A DNA stretch of 63,462 bases, counting the filler, from Acidimicrobiia bacterium (GTDB lineage: Bacteria > Actinomycetota > Acidimicrobiia > Spongiisociales > SHLN01), in NCBI GenBank assembly GCA_041619515.1. It is 3 parts of 3 records of this genome, joined end to end, with 100 filler letters (N's around TTAATTAATTAA, not from the genome) between each part and the next. Parts side by side here need not be neighbours in the genome. Positions count along the whole stretch, not along the records: positions 26,701 to 52,934 come from JBFKDW010000040.1; 2 more parts are not named here. One strand, given 5' to 3'. Position 1 is the stretch's first letter; each line of letters opens with the position of its first letter. Shown here piece after piece: positions 30,914 to 40,779 of this stretch. Made by a program: the position numbers and the translations under genes. Under the pieces are notes generated by a model. The model had not been told where the DNA came from and did no database searches. It was given only the letters and a program-made list of their open reading frames with translations.

Positions 30914-30975
30914 ATCACCGAATGTAGGGATTGACTGTGACAGAAAGGGCCGCAACTGCGACAATCGGCCACCAC

Positions 30976-32481
30976 ATGAGTGTTGCCGACGATCTCCGCC
31001 AGTCTCTCGAGGATCTCGCGGGCGAATTGGAGAGCTTCCAATTTCGCGTGCCGGGGCCCGACCAGTCGGCGCGGGAACGCGCCCGAACCGAGCTGGTTCG
31101 TTCCATCCGGGAGTACTTGCTGCCCCGTCTCGAGGACCCCGACGCGCCGGTGGTCGCCGTCCTGGTCGGGCCGACCGGGAGCGGCAAGTCGGTAATGCTG
31201 AACTCGCTCGCAGGCGAGAAGGCAAGCGCTCCCGGGGCGCTGCGCCCCACCACGCGGTCACCGGTGGTGTGGGCGAACCGTCGCCACGTGCGGCGGTACG
31301 AACGGCTGCTCGGCGGCCTGATCGGCGGCGATGCCGCCGGCATCGTCGCAGGGGCCGACCCGATAACCGAGCAGCTCACCGTGGTCGATGCGCCCGATTT
31401 CGACTCGGTCTACGCCGACAGCCGGGTCATCGGCGAGCAGGTGCTGGCGGTCGCCGACCTGTGCATCTTCGTCGCCAGCGCCCTCCGGTACGCCGACGCG
31501 GCCGCCTGGCAATTCCTCGACCAGATCCGCACACGCGGGCTGCCGATACTCTTCGTTCTCAACCGGCTCGGTCCGGACCCGGAAACCCGCAAACTGATCT
31601 TGGCGGATTTCGCCGCGCTGCTGAAAGAACGCGATCTGCTCCTGGAGGCCGACGCGTCATTGATATTCGACGTCTCCGAACAGCTCATCTATCCGCGCCA
31701 TGGCGGGCTGCATGCTGATGCAGTAGCGGCGATCCGCCAGGAGCTCGCTCTCATCTCGGACCCGGCTCTGCGCCGGGCGGTGGTTCGTCAATCCACCGAG
31801 GGAGCGGTGGCAGAGGTGATCGACAAAGTGGGGAGCATCGCCCAGGGCATCGCGACCGACCGTTCGGTGGTGGCCACCCTCCACACGCTGGCCGAGGAGG
31901 CCTACGCCTCTGAGCTCACCATCTCCAAACAGCTCGTGACTTCCCGGGATTTGGTCGCACTCGGCTCGTTGGGCGATCGGGACGCCATCGCCCGGGAGCT
32001 CGCCTCGGCCATCTCGCGCCGGGCGGGGGTGGCCGCCCGCGATGCCGCCGATGCCTGGGACTCGACCGAGGAAGGCCACGCGTTGCTGACCGAGGCTGAG
32101 GAGCTGTGGCGGCACGGCGCCGAGACGCCCGAGGTCGCCGAGCGGGAGGTGAGCGCATGGCTCGACGTCGTGGACGCGGCGCTGGCCCCGGCCGTGCGCC
32201 GTCCACGGGCCAGGCGAAAGGCGGCAACCTCGCTGGCGCGAGCGCTGCTGACGGGCTCGGGTGAGGCCGTCTCCGGCCGTGCAGGCGAGCTGGCCAACGA
32301 CGAGGGGTGGCAGGGCGGGCTTCTCGCCGATCTCGAAGACCGGATTGCCATCGTGCTGGCGCAGGATGCCGATCGGTTCCTCGCCTTGACCGGCGAGATC
32401 GGCATCGCTGAAGGCCTGGCCGAGACCATTCGCAGCATGGCGGCCGCCGTGTCCGAGCGGGCAGGTGAGTTCTACCGGTGA
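30976..32481 (+). CDS. Dynamin-like GTPase 1
   Basis: GPTGSGKS, RPTT, DAPDFDS, RYAD, VLNR, long helical C-terminus. Confidence 0.85.
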   Translation: MSVADDLRQSLEDLAGELESFQFRVPGPDQSARERARTELVRSIREYLLPRLEDPDAPVVAVLVGPTGSGKSVMLNSLAGEKASAPGALRPTTRSPVVWANRRHVRRYERLLGGLIGGDAAGIVAGADPITEQLTVVDAPDFDSVYADSRVIGEQVLAVADLCIFVASALRYADAAAWQFLDQIRTRGLPILFVLNRLGPDPETRKLILADFAALLKERDLLLEADASLIFDVSEQLIYPRHGGLHADAVAAIRQELALISDPALRRAVVRQSTEGAVAEVIDKVGSIAQGIATDRSVVATLHTLAEEAYASELTISKQLVTSRDLVALGSLGDRDAIARELASAISRRAGVAARDAADAWDSTEEGHALLTEAEELWRHGAETPEVAEREVSAWLDVVDAALAPAVRRPRARRKAATSLARALLTGSGEAVSGRAGELANDEGWQGGLLADLEDRIAIVLAQDADRFLALTGEIGIAEGLAETIRSMAAAVSERAGEFYR

Positions 32482-33725
32482 GCGACGTGATCAGTGCCCT
32501 CGACCTCCTCGATCTCGCCATCGGCCGGTCGGAGCGAATAGTCACCGATGATGAGGCCAAAGCCGCCCGGGATGCCGCCGCCCGTATCCGCGATCGGCGC
32601 GGGTTCCTGGGCGAAACCCTGGTGATTGCCATCGCAGGCGGAACCGGGTCGGGAAAGTCGAGCCTGCTCAACGCAGTTGCCGGGCGCCGTATCGCCGAGA
32701 CCGGTGTGCTGCGGCCCACGACCGAACAGGCGCTGGCGTGGATCCCGACGGAGCCGGAGACCGGCCTCGTAGAGCTGCTGGATCGGCTGGAGATCGAGGG
32801 TCGCTACGAGCAGGATGTGCTCCCGAAGCTGGCGATCATCGACCTCCCCGACCACGACAGCATCGTTCTTCGTCACCATCAGATTGTCGAGCGGCTCCTG
32901 CCGGAAGTGGACGCCGTCGTCTGGGTGTTCGATCCCCAGAAATACCGGGATCCGTTGATCCATGAGGAGTACATTGCCCGGCTGCTCGAATACCAGGACC
33001 AGTTCCTGTTCGTCCTCAATCAAATCGATCTGCTCGGCCAGCACGACCTCACGGCACTGCGAGACGACCTGATCAAGTCTCTCGAAGAGGATGGCATCGG
33101 GGCACCCCGTGTCTTCGAGCTGGCGGCAGATCCTCCAGGAGTGGAACCGGTCAATGTCGATCCGTTCAGGGACTATCTTCGGGATCAGTTGGACGCCAAG
33201 GCGGTGGCGGCGGGGAAGCTGCTGGGGGACATTCGCCGCGTCGGCAAGCAGCTGAGGGCACAGGCCGGCCTGGATGCCGGTGCCGGGGTGGGATTCGAAG
33301 CACGCTGGCCCTCGGTGCGTGCCTCGGTGGTGCAGGCGATCACCGACGGGCTGGGCTTCGACGACGCGGTGTGCCGGATCGGTGATTTTGTGACCGCCCT
33401 GTCGGTGGAGACGGGCGGCCGCTTTGGCGCCCAGCTGCGAGAAGCTTTTTCGGACGGGCGCATCGAGGATGAGCTGTCGCAGGCCCTCGCCGAATCCGGT
33501 GTGAAGCCGGCCCCCCCGGTCAACCGCAGTCGAATCGGGTCCGCCCTGCACACATTCTGGTTCGGCGAGGACCGGCCCTCCGATCCGGAAGCTGTCGCGG
33601 CCTTCGCCCGTCAGCTGGAGTCCCGGTTCGGGCACAGTCTCTTCGAGATGCTGTGGGAGCGGAGCGTGCTCGGGGCCACGCTCATCCAGGTCGAAATCGA
33701 AGCCCGGCTGGCGGAAAACCGCTAG
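32478..33725 (+). CDS. Dynamin-like GTPase 2 (YfjP/IniC-like)
   Basis: GGTGSGKSS, RPTT, DLPDHDS, DPQKY, LNQID; GTGA overlap with the upstream gene. Confidence 0.85.
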   Translation: MSDVISALDLLDLAIGRSERIVTDDEAKAARDAAARIRDRRGFLGETLVIAIAGGTGSGKSSLLNAVAGRRIAETGVLRPTTEQALAWIPTEPETGLVELLDRLEIEGRYEQDVLPKLAIIDLPDHDSIVLRHHQIVERLLPEVDAVVWVFDPQKYRDPLIHEEYIARLLEYQDQFLFVLNQIDLLGQHDLTALRDDLIKSLEEDGIGAPRVFELAADPPGVEPVNVDPFRDYLRDQLDAKAVAAGKLLGDIRRVGKQLRAQAGLDAGAGVGFEARWPSVRASVVQAITDGLGFDDAVCRIGDFVTALSVETGGRFGAQLREAFSDGRIEDELSQALAESGVKPAPPVNRSRIGSALHTFWFGEDRPSDPEAVAAFARQLESRFGHSLFEMLWERSVLGATLIQVEIEARLAENR

Positions 33726-33783
33726 CCGGGTGGCAGGCGACCGGCTTCCATCGTGGGTCGGGTCGCGCTCCTAACCTTCCAAT

Positions 33784-35937
33784 ATGGAAGCCATCGCCCG
33801 GGCCATAGTCCAGCATGGGCGGCGCGTCCTCGCGATCACGGCGGTTTTGACCCTTGCCGCCGCCTCGATGCTGTTCCGGATGGACTTCAATGCCGACGTC
33901 GCATCGTTCGTGCTCGAGGGGAACGAGACGGGGGAGACGTTTCAGGCGTTGCAGGACAAGTACGCCACAGCCGACCCCATCAATGTCGTGGCTTCGTTGC
34001 CGGCGGGCCAGACCTTCGCCAGCCCCGACAACCTCGGCCGGCTCATCGAGTTGCGCGACCTGCTGGGCCGGATCGACGGCGTGGAGGAGGTCGCGTCGAT
34101 CGTTCCAGAGGTCAATCCGCTCAGCGGTCAGCGGATAACGGCAGCCGATCTCGCCTCCGCCGGCGAGGCGGGGATCGCCGCGCTCCTGGCTCAGAATCCG
34201 TTCTCTGAGCTGCTGTTGGCCGAGAGCGGCTCCGACACCATGCTGATAGTGGTGCCGGGGGACGACGGCCTGGCGGTGGCCCAGGACGTGGCCGACGTAG
34301 CAGCGCCCGAAGGGCTCGAGCTGACACTGTCCGGCAACCCGGTCGTCTTCTCGTCGGTTATCGACATTCTGTCGTTCTTCTTGTTCCTGATCCCGCCCGT
34401 CGTCTTCATCCTGCTGGTGGCGGTGTTCTATGCCACGATCGGAGACCGCCGGCTCTCGGTTTTGGCGATGCTGCCAGCCGTCCTCGGCTCGGTGTGGACC
34501 TTCGGCCTGATCTTCGCCCTCGGCCGCGAGGTCGATATCGTCACCGTGATCGTTCCGATCTTCGTGATCGTCATGGGCTCGGCCGACGGCCTCCATTTCG
34601 TGACGCACTTTCAGGAGCCGGCGGACGCTTCGGAGGATCGGGTGAACCGTGTCCACTCAGCACTGTCGCATGTGGGCGTGCCGATGATCCTGACGACGAT
34701 CAGCACTGCCGCCGGATTCTTCTCCCTGACCTTTACAAACGTTCAGCCCATCCAACAGCTCGGCTTGTTCACCGCCATCGGAATCGTGTTCGCGGGATTC
34801 ATCTCTTTCTTCTCATTGCCGGCCTTGCTCAGTCGGCTCACAGTCGAGCCGCGTCATCACGATGCCCTCATCGGGCCCCGGGTGACTGCCGGATTGAAGA
34901 AGTTGGTGAAGACCCGCATCCCGGCCCTGGTGCTCAGCGTTGGCTTGCTCGGTTTCGCCGCCGTCTCGATCCCTCGCCTGGAAGTGAACCCAGATCAGCT
35001 GTTCTTCTTCAAAGACAACGACCCGGTGCGGCTGGCCTTTGAGAAGACTGAGGAACTGTTCGGAGGTGCCACTCCGTTGATCGGCGAGTTCGCATTCGAT
35101 CCGGCGGACGGCCCGTCTGCCCTGGCGACTGCGACTGCGGTGTCGTCGGAGCTCGAAGCCTTGCCCGGTGTCCGCAACGTCTTCTCAATAGCGAATCTGG
35201 CGGCCGCCGTGCCGCCGCAACAGCTGCAGGCGGTTCTCGCCGGAGCGGTCGAACTGCCGCTCGGGGACATGGTCTCCGAGGACGGCCTGCGCTTCATGTT
35301 GCTGCCCTCCGACTTCACCACCGAAGACCTGCAGGCGTGGCTCGACTTCGCCGAGGCCCGCGACGAGGTTTCAGTCCTCACCGGCATGCCCGTCGTGTGG
35401 GACGAGATCGCCCGGCTGGTCCTGCAGGCACAAGTGATCTCGCTGATCGTCGCGTTCGTCCTGGTTGCAGTCATGCTCACGCTGGCGTACCGCCGGTTGC
35501 GGCAAACCCTGGTCGCCCTGGGGCCGGTAGCGCTGACCGTGGCGACCCTGCTCGGGTTCATCGCCGCATCGGGCATACAACTCAACCTGCTGACGGCGGT
35601 GATCTCGGGGATAGTGATCGGAGTTGGCATCGACTATTCGATCCACTTCGTCGCCGCTATCGACAATGCCAGGCGCGATGGCCCCGGTTACGTCCTGCGC
35701 GCCATCGACCGGGCCGGCAGGCCCATCGTCGCCAACGGCCTCGGCATTGCGGTTGCCCTGACCGCACTGTGGCTCTCGCCGCTCAAGATCCATTCCCAGG
35801 TCTCGATGATCATGTGGGTGGCGATGATCACCGCCGCTCTGACGGCGATCGTGGTGGTTCCGGCCCTGCTGCCGCGGGAAGGAGTCGACGCCCAGCCGGA
35901 GCCGGTGCGCTCGGCGGGTGGCGGAGCATTGTCCTAG
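33784..35937 (+). CDS. MMPL/RND family transporter
   Basis: Two 1+5 TM repeats with GSADGLH and GVGIDYSIH motifs. Confidence 0.9.
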   Translation: MEAIARAIVQHGRRVLAITAVLTLAAASMLFRMDFNADVASFVLEGNETGETFQALQDKYATADPINVVASLPAGQTFASPDNLGRLIELRDLLGRIDGVEEVASIVPEVNPLSGQRITAADLASAGEAGIAALLAQNPFSELLLAESGSDTMLIVVPGDDGLAVAQDVADVAAPEGLELTLSGNPVVFSSVIDILSFFLFLIPPVVFILLVAVFYATIGDRRLSVLAMLPAVLGSVWTFGLIFALGREVDIVTVIVPIFVIVMGSADGLHFVTHFQEPADASEDRVNRVHSALSHVGVPMILTTISTAAGFFSLTFTNVQPIQQLGLFTAIGIVFAGFISFFSLPALLSRLTVEPRHHDALIGPRVTAGLKKLVKTRIPALVLSVGLLGFAAVSIPRLEVNPDQLFFFKDNDPVRLAFEKTEELFGGATPLIGEFAFDPADGPSALATATAVSSELEALPGVRNVFSIANLAAAVPPQQLQAVLAGAVELPLGDMVSEDGLRFMLLPSDFTTEDLQAWLDFAEARDEVSVLTGMPVVWDEIARLVLQAQVISLIVAFVLVAVMLTLAYRRLRQTLVALGPVALTVATLLGFIAASGIQLNLLTAVISGIVIGVGIDYSIHFVAAIDNARRDGPGYVLRAIDRAGRPIVANGLGIAVALTALWLSPLKIHSQVSMIMWVAMITAALTAIVVVPALLPREGVDAQPEPVRSAGGGALS

Positions 35938-36034
35938 TCCCGTCCGATACCGCGGTCGGTCGGCGGGGTGGGCGTTCTACCCGCTCGCGGTGCGAAACCG
36001 CGCCGGCGTCACCAGAACCGAGCTCTCGCTCTCA

Positions 36035-36955
36035 CTACCTCGGCGCCGCCACCGCCAATGCGTCCGGGGCGAAGCGAAGGTGCAGCTCGGTCAGCTGGCC
36101 GAGCAGCTCGCCGTCGGCCTGAAACCAGGCGGGCGGGTCGGCGCTCACGACGAGCTCCTCGATGCCCGCCCACACGGCCATCCCGGGTATGCGCTCCAAT
36201 CCGCGTCCGGCAACGGCCGTCGCTGCCAGGCCGACCGCCCTGGCGGGCGGCACCTTCTCGACGATCAATGAGCTCAGCCCCGTGATGGGGCGGGGCGTGA
36301 CGCGCAGCGGGGTGCGGCCGAAGTAGGTGTACGGCCAGTGCACCTGCGTGATCACCGCCACCGCATCTGCCTTGCGCTCTCCGCTCGAGGCCCGCATGGT
36401 CGGGAGGCGCTTGCGAAACTTGCTCAGAAACATCCAGCCTGCCGAACGGGCATAGTGGAGGCCGCCGAACCACACCTTCTTGTGGGGCCTGGCTTCGGCC
36501 TGGCGGACAACTTCGGCGTCGAGGCCGAGCCCGGCTGCAAAGACGGCATAACCCGAGAGCGGTCCCTGCGGACCGGTGGCGTCGATGCGGCCGAGGGCAA
36601 TGCGATGGTGCGGGGGATTGGTGGCGAGAAAGCGGGCGGCCGGAACCGGTTTGGCCGGCGTGCCGAGGATCCGGCCGAGCACATTGGTCGTCCCGGCCGG
36701 GATGATGCCGAGGGCGGTGTCGGAGTGGGCGATACCGTTTGCGACGTGGTGGACGACCCCGTCGCCTCCCATGGCCGCTACCACGTCGACGCCGTCGGCC
36801 GCTGCCTTGGCGCTGGCCTCCTGCGATTCGGTCGGGTTGTTCGGCCAGATCGAGTGAGCGTCGTACGAGCCCGACAGGATCTCCATGACCTCGCGGTGCA
36901 TGGCCCCCGTGAAGCCCGAGGCGAGCGGATTGGCGATGAGCAGCAGCCTGGGCAT
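36035..36955 (-). CDS. Diacylglycerol/lipid kinase family protein (YegS/BmrU-like)
   Basis: NPLAS, GGDG, IPAGTTN, QADGE. Confidence 0.9.
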   Translation of the reverse strand: MPRLLLIANPLASGFTGAMHREVMEILSGSYDAHSIWPNNPTESQEASAKAAADGVDVVAAMGGDGVVHHVANGIAHSDTALGIIPAGTTNVLGRILGTPAKPVPAARFLATNPPHHRIALGRIDATGPQGPLSGYAVFAAGLGLDAEVVRQAEARPHKKVWFGGLHYARSAGWMFLSKFRKRLPTMRASSGERKADAVAVITQVHWPYTYFGRTPLRVTPRPITGLSSLIVEKVPPARAVGLAATAVAGRGLERIPGMAVWAGIEELVVSADPPAWFQADGELLGQLTELHLRFAPDALAVAAPR

Positions 36956-37104
36956 TGCGGCGAGGATAGTGGCGCCGGGCCGATTCTCTGGTTGCCCCGT
37001 CTGAAATCGAGAGCGCGAAAAACATTCCTGGTATTCCAGCTTCGCAAGCGAGATGATTTTGCCCAGAGCGGGAAGTGTTCCCGCAGCGATACCAAGGGGG
37101 TGTC

Positions 37105-37533
37105 ATGACGGAAGTAGAGCTCCGAAAGCTGGACGACGAGATGGTCGGCGCGTTCATGGAGCACAACGTCGACCTGATTCTCAGCCATGTGTCGGACGAT
37201 GTGTTGATTCAGGACTTCGGGCAAGCACCCGTCCACGGGAAGGAGGCGGCCCGCACGTACCTGGAAGACCAGTTCGCGGTGTTCTCCAACGAGAGGTCTA
37301 CGCCCATCAAGCGGATCATCGGCGACAACGAGGTCTTCGCCGAACTGGAGTGGACGGGTACGAACACTGGAGACATTCCGCTGCCGGACGGCTCCCACCT
37401 ACCGGCAACCGGAAAGTCCTTTGCCAGTCGCCTTGCCTATTACGCCCGCGTCAATGACGAGGGTGAGGTGGTCGAGATGCGCGGCTACCCGGACGTGACC
37501 GACATCATGGGACAGTTGGGGGCGATGGGCTAG
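37105..37533 (+). CDS. SnoaL-like / NTF2 ester cyclase family protein
   Basis: WTGTNTG...PATGKSF and AAGGGGG RBS. Confidence 0.85.
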   Translation: MTEVELRKLDDEMVGAFMEHNVDLILSHVSDDVLIQDFGQAPVHGKEAARTYLEDQFAVFSNERSTPIKRIIGDNEVFAELEWTGTNTGDIPLPDGSHLPATGKSFASRLAYYARVNDEGEVVEMRGYPDVTDIMGQLGAMG

Positions 37534-38768
37534 AGGCCTGACTCGGTCGCCCACTCCCGCTCCTCGTCATCGACTCTGCTCAGCACGACGCGGGCGATGA
37601 CGAGGAACCCGAACAGCGTGGCCATGGCGGTCACTCGACCCCAGCCGGCGTAGTCGACGATGAGAGCCCACAGAAGCGGCCCGAGGATGGTGGCGAACCG
37701 ACCCACCGTGGCGTAGAGGCCGTAGAACTCGGCGTACCGGTGGGGCGGGGTGATGCGCGCCATGTAGGTGCGGTCGGCGCTCCAGGTGGTTCCAAGGGCG
37801 AACCCACCCACGATGACGAGCACCACTCCGAGGGGCTTGGTGTCGGTCGCCGCCGCCAACAACCCGAAGATCCAGGCCGTCATCCAGATATAGAGCGCCA
37901 GGTTGAGGGTGCGGCGCGGGCCGATGCGCTCGGTAATGCGCCCGCCTCCCAGCCCGCCGAAGATGGAAGCGAGAATGCCGAAGGCGAGCACGATCTCCAG
38001 CTCGTCGCGGGTGAAACCCACTTCTTCGAGAGCGAAGATGGTGAGAAAGCCGCCGATGACCGTATTGATGGCGTCGCTGTACAGGAAGCGGCCGATCAGG
38101 AACGGCACCACCCCCCGATAGGTGGCCGCTTCACGCCACGATCTCCGCACCTGTGCCAGCGCTTGCGCCGGCGATGGTGCGGCCCCCGGTTGCGGCCGGC
38201 GAGGGCGCTCTTTGATGAAGAAGAAGGCCGGTAACGCGAAGACGAGGAACAGCAAAGCCAGCGCCCGAAACACCACCGCATGGCCGTAGGTGTCGATGAG
38301 CAGCCGGCCGACCAGCACGGCGATGAACGAGCCGATGTAGCCGACGCCGACGCCGATGCCCGAGACCCGGCCGCGGTTCGACTCCACGGACACGTCGACC
38401 AGTAGAGAGTCGTAGAACAGAGATCCAATGTGGAATCCCACCAGCGCCAGCGAGAACAGCGCCAGCGAGGGTCCCGGCCCGGCGGTGCCGATCAACAGGG
38501 TTGCCGTGACCGAGACGCAGGTGGCGGCCACCAGGTACGGGCGGCGGCTGCCCCGGTGATCGCTGCGGGCCCCCAGCCACGGGGCGAGGATGATGATGAC
38601 GATCATGGCGGCGTTGATGGCGAATGCCAGGTCGCGATCCCGATACCCCTGGATGTCGACCAGCCACTCGGGGAAGTAGAGACCGGCGACACCGAGCGCA
38701 AACACGGTGTTGGCCAGGTCGTAGGTGGCCCATGCCGCCACGCTGCGACGCTCAGGATGCCAGGTCAT
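37530..38768 (-). CDS. MFS transporter, UMF1/Atg22 family
   Basis: WATYDLAN, FYDSLL, GRVSG-x-G-x-x-x-GY, AEFYGLY; 12 TM segments. Confidence 0.9.
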   Translation of the reverse strand: MTWHPERRSVAAWATYDLANTVFALGVAGLYFPEWLVDIQGYRDRDLAFAINAAMIVIIILAPWLGARSDHRGSRRPYLVAATCVSVTATLLIGTAGPGPSLALFSLALVGFHIGSLFYDSLLVDVSVESNRGRVSGIGVGVGYIGSFIAVLVGRLLIDTYGHAVVFRALALLFLVFALPAFFFIKERPRRPQPGAAPSPAQALAQVRRSWREAATYRGVVPFLIGRFLYSDAINTVIGGFLTIFALEEVGFTRDELEIVLAFGILASIFGGLGGGRITERIGPRRTLNLALYIWMTAWIFGLLAAATDTKPLGVVLVIVGGFALGTTWSADRTYMARITPPHRYAEFYGLYATVGRFATILGPLLWALIVDYAGWGRVTAMATLFGFLVIARVVLSRVDDEEREWATESGL

Positions 38769-39512
38769 GGTCTTCTCCGACGGGAGGCAGCAGGTGCCGG
38801 GGGCGAAACCGCAGGGGCACCCGGGAAGAAGCTAGGGGAGATCGATAGCGTACACCCCGGCCGGCGGCCGAAACACCCTCCGGTTCATCGGCGACAGGTA
38901 GGCCCCGGGGTGGACGACGGGAACGACCGCTCCGGTGGCTCTCCAGCTCACGGCCGCAAACCGGCGGTGTGTCCATACGACGGCGGCATCGCGGGCCACT
39001 CCGGGAAGGAGCAACACGTCCGCCCCGGCCGGATCGGCCAGCTTGATCGGCAGGCGCAGATAGCCGAGGCCGCGGGCAACCGCCCGGCGGTCGGTGAGGA
39101 GCATGGCGTCGGTTGCTCCGAGCAGGGCTGCGCTCTCCAGTGCCCACAACGACTCGTGATGCAGCGAGAGCACCCCGATGGTGGTGGCCTCCGAGATCTC
39201 CAGGCCGAGGTTGCCGGCCCAGGATTGGTCGCCGAGCGTGGCAAGCACTGCGGCGAGGCCGAGCGATGCCCGGAACGGATCGGGGTCGAGTGCCGGCTCG
39301 GTCACCGCCAGCATGAGCGGCAGGTCGGGCCGGCGGCGGCGGAGCCGGCGGGTGGCGTCGAGTCCCTCTCCCACCCAGTTCCCCTGGGTCAGTTCGAGCA
39401 GTCCCTCCCCGGCCAGGCGCGCCAGCGTGATGGGATCTGACCACTCGTCGCGAGTAGCGCTATCCAGTAACTCGAGAGGTAACGTGTTTCCCGCCTATGC
39501 CGCTGCAATCAC
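38752..39512 (-). pseudogene. Hypothetical gene, possibly disrupted (in-frame TAG at codon 6, ambiguous 3' end)
   Basis: GTG39512 directly follows the response regulator stop, reads MIAAA* and the same frame then stays open to 38832. A plausible C-terminus lies in another frame to 38752. Confidence 0.4.
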
Positions 39513-39513
39513 G

Positions 39514-39906
39514 TTATCCGGTTCTGGGGATTTCCGCACTTCGACCCATCTGAGCGAGGATCTCTTCGCGCAGGTTTCCGGGACGGAACGGCTTGGTGAT
39601 GAAGCCGTCTGCGCCCCTCCGCTCGGCGGCTGCCGCCACCTCGGGCTGGGCGTGAGCGGTGACGATGATCACCGCGATGTCGGCGGTGGCGGGGTCGGCG
39701 CGGAGCTCCCGGAGCACTTCCCACCCATCGATGCCGGGAAGCCCGATGTCGAGGAGTATGACGTCGGGCATCTCGGCGCGTGCGGTGGCCAGCCCGCCGA
39801 TCCCGTCCTCGGCGGAGATGATTCTCACGCCGAGAGGTCGTACGCTCACTTCGATCAAGCGGCGCACGGCCGGCGAATCTTCAACGATCAGGACGGTAGC
39901 GTCCAT
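39514..39906 (-). CDS. Single-domain response regulator (CheY-like)
   Basis: LIVED, LLDIGLPGIDG, TA, ITKPF; AGGAG RBS. Confidence 0.93.
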   Translation of the reverse strand: MDATVLIVEDSPAVRRLIEVSVRPLGVRIISAEDGIGGLATARAEMPDVILLDIGLPGIDGWEVLRELRADPATADIAVIIVTAHAQPEVAAAAERRGADGFITKPFRPGNLREEILAQMGRSAEIPRTG

Positions 39907-39952
39907 CCGCGCTCCTAAGGTCTACCAGTTTGTCGGCACAGAATCCCCGGCC

Positions 39953-40759
39953 CTATAGCCAAAAGGCATACCGGTCGGCCACGTTCCCGGATGGATCGAG
40001 CAGATAGGCGGTGTCTCCGCCGTTGTTCCATACCGGGTCTGCGTCGCACCAGAAGAGCCGATCGTCGGAGGCAGTGCCGCATCCGCTGGCGATCCGCACC
40101 CGCTCTCCCGGGCCGAGCGTGAAGCCGTCGGGAAATCGGAAGCGATGGGACGAGGACTCGTCCTGAACCGCCCAGCCGGTGAGTGATACCACGTCGGAGC
40201 CGCGATTGAGAATGTCGATCCACTCACCGTTGGCGTTTTGCGCGTCGTCTCCGGGAGCGTCGTAGGTGAGGTCGCTGATCTCGAGCTCGGCACCGGCAGC
40301 AGGGCCGCACGCGTCGGCTTGCCATCGCCCAACCCTGGCCTGGAACGCCTTCGCCTCAGCGGCCTTGAAATCGTCCAGCAGGGTGTGGTCGGCGGTGAGC
40401 GCCAGGGCGAGGCCGGCGGCTACCAGTTCTTGATTGATGAGCGTGCCATCCTCCGCGTAGGCGTAGCGAAGGAGCCGACCGAAGCGGTCCTCGCTCTCAC
40501 CGGCCAGTCGAACACCGTCCGCAGCCAGCCGGGCGGTCTCGGCCCTGGCCTGCTCGTCGTAGCACTCGCCCCGCTCAGGGGCGTTGATGCCGAGCAGCCT
40601 GACCTCGGCCTCGGCGCCGTCGACCTGTACCAGAAGGGAGTCGCCGTCCAGCACCCTGAGAACCGGCACCGTGGCGTCGACAGGGCGGGCAGGGCCGGCA
40701 GCTCCTCCGCAGGCGGACGTGGCCGCCGCGAGCGCAATGGCGAGGCACCTCTGTTTCAC
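39953..40759 (-). CDS. Thermonuclease (SNase) plus lamin-tail domain lipoprotein
   Basis: TSAC lipobox, VLDGDS, RLLGINAPE, DRFGRLL, EWIDILN...LTGW, VWNNGGD. Confidence 0.9.
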   Translation of the reverse strand: MKQRCLAIALAAATSACGGAAGPARPVDATVPVLRVLDGDSLLVQVDGAEAEVRLLGINAPERGECYDEQARAETARLAADGVRLAGESEDRFGRLLRYAYAEDGTLINQELVAAGLALALTADHTLLDDFKAAEAKAFQARVGRWQADACGPAAGAELEISDLTYDAPGDDAQNANGEWIDILNRGSDVVSLTGWAVQDESSSHRFRFPDGFTLGPGERVRIASGCGTASDDRLFWCDADPVWNNGGDTAYLLDPSGNVADRYAFWL

Positions 40760-40779
40760 ACCGGGACGATATCGCCCGG

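Noticed and set aside
37105..37533. SnoaL-like gene (and PhzF at 62312) as signs of further biosynthetic clusters
   Set aside because: Isolated members of widespread families with no synthase neighbours.
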